Assembly: GCF_018350175.1 (NCBI RefSeq)
Contig: NC_058368.1
Location: forward strand, 100,194,001 to 100,258,000
Length of the DNA stretch: 64,000 nt
Direction: 5' to 3'
Source of the DNA: Felis catus
Taxonomy: Eukaryota
In this document: positions 54,180-64,000 of the stretch, one piece after another
How the letters are laid out: each line of letters opens with the position of its first letter
Numbering within the stretch: position 1 is the first letter of the stretch
The notes under the pieces: generated by a model
Told to the model about the DNA's origin: nothing
Database searches by the model: none
Seen by the model: the letters and a program-made list of their open reading frames with translations, nothing else
Made by a program: the position numbers and the translations under genes

Positions 54180-54574
54180 TTGATTGCTTATATTTTATTA
54201 AATAATGTTTTCCAGAAGGTATCAGAAGTAGCGTGATTTTATAATTTGTTAATTAAACGGGGACACCTTAGAGAATACAAGAAGGCCCTATCATTAACAC
54301 TTAGTCAAAACAGGAGGTATCATACTGACTATTTCAGGTAGAGCAGAGCTTAAGATCACCCTAAAGCCAGAGGGGGCGTATTTCCTAAGTTCTTGCTTCA
54401 ACTCAGCACTTTTTTGAGGCATTTAAATGGTGCCAAATGGATCCTTACACAAAAGAGCATCTATTTGGGAAAAAAAAAAAAGGTTTGGCTCTGACTGAAG
54501 ATCCAACAGCTCACTGCCCGGGGTTAATGGGCAGCTTTTAGGGAGTCCAGCATTCATTTAAAATCATATCCATA

Positions 54575-54792
54575 GGGGCGCCTGGGTGGCGCAGTCGGTT
54601 AAGCGTCCGACTTCAGCCAGGTCACGATCTCGCGGTCCGTGAGTTCGAGCCCCGCGTCAGGCTCTGGGCTGATGGCTTGGAGCCTGGAGCCTGTTTCCGA
54701 TTCTGTGTCTCCCTCTCTCTCTGCCCCTCCCCCGTTCATGCTCTGTCTCTCTCTGTCCCAAAAATAAATAAAAGACGTTGAAAAAAAATTTT
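54575..54792 (+). mobile_element. Young felid CanSINE
   Basis: TSD aaatcatatccata; CpGs intact. Confidence 0.95.
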
Positions 54793-55404
54793 AAATCATA
54801 TCCATAATTCTGTATACCTGTGCATTGTCTGGAAAGAGGACCATAAAAATCAGATATTACTAATTTCTCTTGCCCATCAAATGCTACTAATTTCAATTTC
54901 ATCACAAATCTCCAAAAAGCTACATTGTTGGCTTGTGTTCCCCTAAATCTCCTAGAAATAATGTCACACAACTGTAATCTCACATTATTACTACTTAGTT
55001 TTCATTATGGGATTAATATAAGAAAAGCCCAAATGTAGAGTGTTTCTGATCTTTAGTAAAACTGCTAGTAATAACTTTGGTTTTACTTTTCAGTATCTTT
55101 TTCGTTAAGATTCTTGCAATAACACCGTGTTAGGGATAGTTTTCCCCTTACACCAGGTGTTATACCTCCTTCTATAAGCTCCATGGCTTATACACCTACC
55201 AGTGAGGGTCACTGGGGTTTCCTCTCAGCCTGAGGTGTCAGGGAGGTCGCTGAGAGCTGTCTGAAGCTACTGAAATCGATATCGTAATCTAGGATCACTG
55301 GAACTGTTTCTATTCTTCTTGTATCAATACCTTGCTTAATTCTAAAACACTCTCTTTGTGGTCCTTATTCTGTTTCCATTATTTAAAAGGTGGTATTACT
55401 GCTA

Positions 55405-56395
55405 TTTTCATTTCATTTCATTTCATTTCATTTCATTTCATTTCATTTCATTCCAGTATATTTAACATAGAGTGTTACATTAGTTTCAAGTATACAATAT
55501 AATGATTCAACACTTCCTTACATCACCGGGTGCTTATCACAAGTGCCCTCCTTAGTCCCTATCACCTATTTCCCCCATCCCCCCCCCCACCTCCCCTCTG
55601 GTAACTATCAATTTGTTCTCTATAGTTAAGAGTTTATTTCAGGGGTGCCTGGGTGGCTCCGAGGGGTGCCTGGGTGGCTCAGTGGGTTCGGCTCAGGTCA
55701 TGATCTCGCGGTTTGTGAGTTCGAGCCCCAGGTCGGGCTCTGTGCTGACAGCTCAGAGCCTGGAGCCTGCTTCAGATTCTGTGTCTCCCTCTCTCTCTGC
55801 CCCTCCCTGACTCATACTCTGTCTCTCAAAAACAAATAAAAACATTTTTTTTTAAAGGAGTCTGTTTCTTGGCTTGCCTCTCTCTCTCTTTTTCCCTTAC
55901 TCTTCTGTTTTCTTTCTTAAATTCCACATATGAGTGAAATCATATGGTGTTTGTCTTTCTCTGACTCACTTACTGAGCATTATACTCTCTACCTCTATCC
56001 ACGTTGTTGCAAATGACAAGATCTTGTTCTGTTTTATGGCTGAATAATATAATATAATATAATATAATATAATATAATATAACATATTATATAATATGCC
56101 ACATCTTTATCCATTTATCTATTGATGAATGCTTGGACTGCTTCCATAATTTGGCTATTGTAAATTTGGCTATTTCATGCTGCTATAAACGAAGAGGTGA
56201 ATATATCTCTTTGAATGAGTGTTTTTATTTTTTGGAGGTAAGCACCCGGTAGCGCGATTCCTGGATCATATGGTGGCTCTATTTTTAACTTTTTTGAGGC
56301 ACCTCCGTACTGTTTTCCACAGTGGCTGCACCAGTTTGCATTCCCACCAACCGTGCAAGAAGGCTCTCCTTTCTCCACATCCTTGCCAACACATG
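55405..56395 (-). mobile_element. Carnivore L1 3' fragment, tail turned into (ATTTC)n, interrupted by a SINE and (AATAT)n
   Basis: Minus-strand translation [28 protein letters not shown]1 3'UTR-like sequence. Confidence 0.88.
55642..55845 (+). mobile_element. CanSINE with duplicated 5' head, inside an L1
   Basis: ggggtgcctgggtggctc twice at 21-bp spacing. Confidence 0.88.
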
Positions 56396-58099
56396 TTGTG
56401 ACAGCTACTTATTTTAAATTGTAAAAGTGAGTAGATGGATGACCGGTCACTTACACTGACTAGGAGAAAAGTTGTTAAATGTCCACTTTCCTTTGCCTTG
56501 CACCCTCCCGGCCTGAAAGATTGAACATGAAGTGTTCCCGACAGAGAAAAGACATTAACAAAAAAGGAGGGGGAAAAAATGCGTGGAAAATCAAATGATA
56601 ATGCCAATAGTGGCCAGCAAAATGATTGGAAACATATGAAAGTTAGTGGATTCAAGTTAAAAGAAATACACACATCGAAAAGCTTCCCTGAAGTGTTCAA
56701 GCACCTCTGTCCACATCCAGCCTTGGGAGACTTTCCCAGGAAAGTAGGAAGCAAAAGCAAAATCGTGATGAGCCCTAATAACCTTCAGGGAGGGGGCATT
56801 TAGGTGCCCCCCCCCCCAAAAAAGAGTTCACACCTGAAAGTGCTTATACAGACTCAGAGATGAACTTCTTCAAAAAAATCTTTTACCTCGATGTTAAAAA
56901 AGCAACGCCTCACCCCAGAAATATCTGAAATGTTGACAGGAAAAACTGTTGATCTAACCCTTCGCTCTGCGGGAACTTTAGACTTATCGGCTTCCTCTTT
57001 GCCTTCCTTTGATTACAGTTTCCTGGAACCCGTGGCCTTGGCAAGATCCCAGGTGTAGACAGCCCTGCGCACAGGGCAAACCTGCCTGCCTGCCTCTGCC
57101 TCCTCTCTCTGCTGTGCCCTATCACCTTAGCTCATTAGCCAAGAAGGGCCTTCTGCCCTTTCTGCGGGGGTGGGGGTGGGGGTGGGGGCCCCCGTCTCTG
57201 TTTTCCCTCTCCACCTTCCCCACACCCACCTCCATCTCAAAACACCAGAGAAAGAGGTTGAAGAGCGAACCCTGTGGCTGTGAAGGCAAGATAGAGATGG
57301 TCCAGCCTTCTTTGCAAGTTTCAGACTGACAATCGTGAAATTAATGAAAAATAAAAGAGGTTCTCTTATCTCCGGTCCGCGCCCCGGGGGATGCATTTTT
57401 CTCTTCAGCTGAGAGCAGGCTTAGGAGTAAAATGTTGAAAACCTAAGAACATGGAGTGAACTGCAGGTTCAAATGCAGTTCAACCACAAATATAGCACGT
57501 GGAGCAAGCTTTGGAAAATATAATATAGAACATCTTAGCCCTTTTATGGTATTAATTTTCTCCCACATCCCTTTAAGTTATTTTGTGCTTGTCTTCTGGC
57601 CTCCACATCTGCCTGTTTTCTTCTCATTTTTCCTTCCAAAAGAAACCTTCTGACAATGTGACGTGAATGTCTTCATTAATGACCCGTGCCATTTTTTTGC
57701 TTATATGCTTGGTTAAATACTCGATTTTGGCTCATACTTTCCATGTGGAATATTAATATTCATTATTCTCAAAGTGAAGAGACGAACTTCTCTTTTTTTT
57801 TTTCACTAAAAAAAACCCCTGTATTTAATTAATCTTCAAGTAAATGAACCTATAACATATACTAAGGAACTTTTGGGTATTTTGAAAATCCTTGCTTCTG
57901 CTTTATCCTTTCTCTTACATCTTGAATTCCTCAAATACTTTCAAAGTCACTTTGCAGGCATTAGACCCTATTACGTGGCTAATAAAAAACATGGCTAAAA
58001 ACCAGTTAGCCATTTTCTGATGAATGTAACTTATTGGCGTAATTCAGTATAGAGTAACAGAGGAAAAATGTACTCCCTCAAATGTGCTTTAAAAAAAAA

Positions 58100-58373
58100 T
58101 TACTCTTCCTTAATTATCAAAGTATCACTGATATACAATGTCATATTAGCTTCAGGTATACAACACAGTGAGCTCACAAGCCTGTCGTCTCAGGGCTCAC
58201 CCCGATAAGCATAGTTACCATCTGCCACAATACAACACAATTGCAGTATTTCTAGCTATATTCCCGATCTGCGCTTTTCATTTCCATGACTTACTTATTT
58301 TATGACTCAAAGTTCGTACCGCTTAATCCCCTTTACCTTATTTCGCCCATCCCCTCCCCACCTCCCCTCTAGC
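58100..58373 (-). mobile_element. Carnivore L1 3'UTR fragment
   Basis: atattagcttcaggtatacaacacagtga...cctcccctctagcaa, similar to 55480-55605. Confidence 0.7.
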
Positions 58374-58959
58374 AAATAATGTGCTTTTTTAAAAACGCGG
58401 ATCCTCTCAGGAGTAACTCCATTTTCCATTTTGCTTGGTGTATGTTAGTGGCTTCACTCCTCTAGAATCTGTCACGTCGGCTCAGGTGTGCAGAAACCAG
58501 AAATGTGTTTCCTTCTTACTTTGATTTTGCTCTGTTTCCACCACAGGTATAACCCCCAACAGCTTTCGTGAAAAGCTGGCTGATTCACTTATTTTACCCT
58601 GAATATTCCTTGGGGGGAGAGAGAACCACACCACCAACTCAAATTTGTTTCTGCTTTCATACCACCTAGTGCTGCTTACGAACACACTGGAAAAGGTCAT
58701 TTCATTCCGCTGAAATTTCTTGCAGCTCAACTTAACCGGGTCTTTCCATTATTCGGTGAGGACTATTCCCTAATTGAATCAGTATCACATTCTTTGCAGT
58801 GCCAGGAGAATTCCAGATTTTTTTTTTTTTTTTGCAAAAAATTTCAGTAATTTTTGCTGTTCTGTTTCCCAGAATCTGAATCTCTTCGTTCTCTGAAAAT
58901 GATTTGCCTCATACTTAGAAGACTAAGTTCATCCTACAGGAGCTCTGCTTAGGCCTCAC

Positions 58960-59168
58960 TTTTTTCTTAAGTTATTTATTTTGAGAGAAAGAAAGAGAAA
59001 CAAAGGGAGGGGCAGAGAAAGGGAGAGAGAAAGAGAGAGAATCCCAGGCAGGCTCCGAGCTGTCAGCACAGAGCCCGACACAGGGTTCAAACCCGGGAAC
59101 CGTGAGATCATGACCTGAGCTGAAATCAAGAGTCTGATGCTTAACCCACGGAGCCACCCAGGTGCCCC
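58960..59168 (-). mobile_element. CanSINE
   Basis: Typical sequence. Confidence 0.88.
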
Positions 59169-59399
59169 TTGTGCCTTACTTCTTAACACCCCATCTCTAT
59201 TTCATCTTTTTTCCCTGTCCTCAGAGGCTAACATCTCCATCACATCCCAGGTCCTATCTTCTCCTGCTTTGTCTGAGAGCCTTGTTCTCATACTGTCCCT
59301 CTTCCCTTCATCCGAACCAGCTCTCTCTGCCTGAGACATTCCTACCCCTAAAACAACAACAAAGCACTTCTTCAACTCTACTCATCTCTCAAATTTCCT

Positions 59400-60500
59400 T
59401 TCTGCAGACTTTTCGAACATACATTTGTTTCCTTGACCTAATCTTTAGCTTGTAATAGTTTAGTTTTTATTCTTGTCCCTCCATTGAAGCTAAACTCTTA
59501 GAAATCACTGGTATAAAATCTGCCGGCCAGCAAATCTAGTGACCTTTCTCAAGCCCCCGTTACTCACAGTGGCATTGGACAGAGCTGATGAAGCCACCTT
59601 TCTGGAAACCGGAAGTGTTTGCAGAATTCTCAATGGAGTCTTTTGTCTCCACGGCCTGTTTCTTTAACTGCAAAATTGAACCTTTATCTTTTTAGGCTGT
59701 GATTTCCCATGCCCAATCTCTTTGCCGTAGATATTCCCTCAGGACTTTGCCTCCATACATTCTCTATATACTCCTTTTCTAGAGTTTTCGTGGTTTTAAA
59801 CATCTCTGTGTGCATAGCTCTGAAACCCATTAATTCTGAATAACACGTCTGTCTTTCCTGTCTTGGCTGTACTTACATTTAAATTCTACTAGTATATCAA
59901 ATGCAACAGGTCCAGAACAGAATCCATTTTTTTCTCCTCCCCCAACCTGCCTTTCCAGGTTTCCAGCTTTCTGCAAGTGACATCACCACTAATGTTCTCT
60001 TGGATCCATGATTTCCTGCTCCCAGAGCTGTGAATGCTCAAAGGTGTATGCTGGCAAGATTGCCCTTTGAGATACATTATTGCCAGATTAATTTTCTTGA
60101 AGTAAAATTATAGGGTATTCCCCTGCTTAACAGCTTCCTCTCATTTACAAAACGAAATCCAGCTCTTAGCATGGTATTTGTTATTCATAGCATGGCTGCA
60201 GCGGAACTATCTGGTTCTAGTTCTCAAGGTTACACCAAATTCCAGGCAACTATTTGTTATTATTAATATAAATATTTTATATTAGTTGCTCTTCTCTGTA
60301 CTCGTCTTCGGGTTCCTATCCCTGAGGCTTTGCTCATGCTGTTTTCCATCTCCAAAACCTTCTTGTGATCCAAATCCGACCCATCCTTCAAGGGCCACTT
60401 CCTTTAGGCTTTCCCTGATCTTCACAACTAGAAGAACTATTTCCAACTTCTGCACTTCATTTGTGTTACTAATATAGCCATGCTAGTTTTCTTTTGCTTA
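59400..60500 (+). mobile_element. L2 remnant
   Basis: Pyrimidine-rich L2-like motifs (caaatctagtgacc, tccagaacagaa, cccctgcttaa). Confidence 0.5.
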
Positions 60501-60529
60501 GTGTTTACATGAAACTTCTTCCCCATCCT

Positions 60530-60990
60530 TTTACTTGTCATATGTTTGTGTCTTTATTCATAAAATGTGTTTCTTGTAAACAACATAGAGTTGTTTTTTG
60601 TCTATACTATTTTTTTATCTAGTCTGTCAATCCTTGCCTTTTAATTATGTTCTTTAGTCCATTTATATTTGCTGCAATTATTGATATGTTTGCATTTAAG
60701 TCTACCATCTTGGCATTTTAATTCTATTTGTTCCTCTTGCCCTTTTTCTTTATTTGTTGGTTGCTTGGTTGGTCTTATATTCATCCTTTCCTCCTTTTCT
60801 TTGGCAAGTGATTAACTTACCATTTTTAAAAAATATCCTATCTCCCCTGTTGAATTCTTCACTCAGCCTCTTTGTGTGTCTTTGCCCTTTGTGATTACTG
60901 TAGAGAATAAAATTTGCATCTTTAGTATATCACATTCTATGTTTAAAAAATTACTTCAAGGAAAATGTAAGAATTCTATGATAATCTCTT
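60530..60990 (-). mobile_element. Old L1 ORF2-region fragment
   Basis: tgtgtttcttgtaaacaacatagagttg, gtccatttatattt..attattgatatg motifs. Confidence 0.6.
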
Positions 60991-61719
60991 TCCGATGTTT
61001 CATCCCTGCTTTAGTTCAGTTCAATGTACTATAGGTGTTAAATTCTCCCAGTGATAAGCTTCCTCTGTTTTGTACTTAGTATAAAGCCTGGAGCCAAAAG
61101 CCTGTTCCCTGTTCACCTGCTGCACCCTTAGAAGGCTGTGGCCCTTCATGCATGCAACACAGAGGGAGTCCTTCCTACTGCCCCCTTCCTCCTTAGGTCC
61201 CACACCTCCATCAGCAGTAGACTCTTCTTATCTGGTACCCAGTGCAAGGCCTAATTCTCCAGCTCGACCTTCCGATCCAGGCAGGCCCTGCATTCTTGAA
61301 TTGGTGAAGATTTCTCTCAACAGTCCTGCCTCTCTCCAATGTTAGACTGCCACCCGCTGTTACTGGATGTGAGACCTGGTGGATGGGAGGGTTTATGTAG
61401 ACAGTTCCTGCATGGCTCCTCCTTAGTAGGGTTCATGCTCACCTGTCCTGCCTTTTCTCTGTGGCAGACAACTACTGTCTCATATTCTTGTAAGGTTGGA
61501 GCATGGGAGGTGTTGGTTGTGCTGATGCACTCTCAGACTGAGGCAGTTCTTCTAGTTCATTAACTTACCTTGCAATCATGAGTCTCCAATGGACTCAAAA
61601 ATAACGGTTCTGTAAGTTCTCTGATTGGTTCTAATTGCTTAAGCAGGAGCAATGTTTCTTGTAACTTTCTATCCCCTGGACAGAAGCAGAAACACCTTTT
61701 CTGTTTTATCCTTAACTCT

Positions 61720-62330
61720 TCCTTAGATTTAGTCCTCCCAGAAACAAATGCTAAGTAAAGGATTTGAGGATTTGATTTCAAGTGGTTTATTTGGGAGGTG
61801 ATCCCAGGAAGCCCCAGTAGAGTAGTGGGAGGAAAGACAGGGAAGAGAAGGAAGTCTGTACAGGGTGTGAATGAGCACCTGTGCTGCAATCCCACGGAAC
61901 ACTGCATGGAATCAGCCTCAGTAAGGAAGTGGCTATTTATCCACCACCCGCTGCTTGTGATTGATTAGCTGCCCTGTCTATGGGTGGAGCATAGACCAGG
62001 TCAAAAAAGGCTGAGAGGGGCGCCTGGGTGGCGCAGTCGGTTGAGCGTCCGACTTCAGCCAGGTCACGATCTCGCGCTCCGTGAGTTCGAGCCCCGCGTC
62101 GGGCTCTGGGCTGATGGCTCAGAGCCTGGAGCCTGTTTCCGATTCTGTGTCTCCCTCTCTCTCTGCCCCTCCCCCGTTCATGCTCTGTCTCGCTCTGTCC
62201 CAAAAATAAATAAACGTTGAAAAAAAAAAAATTAAAAAAAAAAAAAAAAAGGCTGAGAGTCACAGGTACTTGCCAGAGGAAGTTGTCCATGTGTAAGGGA
62301 ATGTGGGAGGGTACCCAATGTCTGTTGTAA
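61720..62330. mobile_element. MaLR (MLT1-like) LTR remnant interrupted by a young SINE
   Basis: aagtggtttatttgggaggtgatcccaggaagc motif. Confidence 0.6.
62017..62244 (+). mobile_element. Young felid CanSINE
   Basis: TSD aaaaaaggctgaga; long A tail. Confidence 0.95.
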
Positions 62331-62770
62331 ACTCTCCAATGACACTTACAGCTTTAATTCTCAGGGATATTGGCATACTAGAGCCTGAGTTTAGCAAAAA
62401 GATGATTCAGACATGATTTATTTTTGTAGTCTCCTAGCATGGAGAATAACCAGGAGATAATTAATAATTATTAGATGAGAAAACACATTTTATAAGAAAA
62501 GCCAGTTTGTAGAACTCTAGTTAGTTCTTCTTTATTTCCTATCATCCTCCCAAACCCACATCTTCACACACACCCCACTCACTCAGATGGTATGGTTTAT
62601 TCCCTTAAGTGCCACAAAAGTTCAATTTACCTGACTGGTTGAAATTAGAAAACGAAAAACCAAAAAAAAAAAAAAAATGTGATTGTCTAGCTAATTTGAA
62701 TGTACTATAATTTTAACATATAATTTCTACACCTAAACTTTATCTAACAGATATTTTATATTACTTGTAG

Positions 62771-63103
<333 letters not shown>

Positions 63104-63550
63104 TAGGAAAAATGGTTCTAGAATGCCTGACCAAGGTGCCTTCAGATGCTGAGACATAAAGACGCTACTTCTGGCAAAACCATGCAAGGAGAGGGACCCC
63201 CTGGAATTTCTTGTATTTCCCGGAAGTTACTTTCCTATATTATCAAACATGATACTTAAAAAACATGAAGCCTCAAAAATCTTTCAGGGCATCTGGAGAC
63301 ATGTTTTCAAATAGGAATGTGTCTTCGCGTTCACAGAGCAGGGTACCAAACTCAAAGTGTGCAGGGTCCACTAGCCGGGGTGTAAAACTGAGTAAATTGA
63401 TCCATGTGTGACACGAGGGAAGCTGAGGGCCATGGGGAGCTGGAGAATTATGGACTCTCTCCAAAGGAGGCAGCTGGAAATTTAGCCTAGTGTGGGCATA
63501 GTTTTCAACAATACAAAAGAAACTGGAAATCTAGAAATCTGTATGCTTTG

Positions 63551-63771
63551 TTTTTTTTTTTAATGTTTATTTATCTTTGAGGGAGAGACAGACACACAGA
63601 GTGTGAGTAGGGGAGGGGCAGAGAAAGAGAGGGAGACACAGAATCTGAAGCAGGTTCCAGGCTCTGAGCTGTCAACACAGAGCCCAACGTGGGACTTGAG
63701 CTCACAAACTGCGAGATCATGACCTGAGCTGAAGTCGGATGCTTAACCGACTGAGCCACCCAGGCACCCCC
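63551..63771 (-). mobile_element. CanSINE
   Basis: Typical sequence. Confidence 0.88.
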
Positions 63772-64000
63772 AGGCCCAGAGCTTTCAAATTTTGCAACTA
63801 ATACATTGTAAAGCATTGCACAAGCCAGATGAAGCTCCATAAACTGCCATGTGTGGCCTCCCCACAGAGCCTTATGCTTACTCATTTGGGGTGAGAACAA
63901 AGTCATCCAGAGACTGTTTGCCATGCAAACTCCGACTTCTTCCTCTTATTTCTCCCATTGTCATTTTCTCAGCGGATCCCCTCATTCCCCTCAAGGGAAA

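Overview
Mammalian (felid) genomic DNA, identified by the dense felid-type CanSINEs and carnivore L1/LTR remnants. The window is mostly intronic or intergenic and rich in repeats. It holds the large coding exon of ZNF474 (ATG 34209, stop 35258; 349 aa, two tandem double-C2HC zinc-finger modules). About 27.5 kb downstream lies a separate 181-nt coding exon (62771-62951) with a third homologous finger, probably the ZNF475/ZNF474-like gene. The main observation is a phase-0 splice donor 18 nt before the end of the ZNF474 ORF that matches the phase-0 acceptor of the distal exon. This suggests one locus switching between a short, polyadenylated 4-finger form and a longer spliced ZNF474-ZNF475 form. 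Other notable items: a tailless 5' half of tRNA-Cys inserted with a TSD inside a SINE, a long-TIR DNA transposon with a Mutator-like transposase remnant, a young solo LTR, an LTR nested in a SINE, a 108-bp locally templated insertion and a double L1 3' end inside one TSD. Old repeat boundaries and family names were judged by eye and are approximate. Ortholog comparisons are from memory, not from a search.
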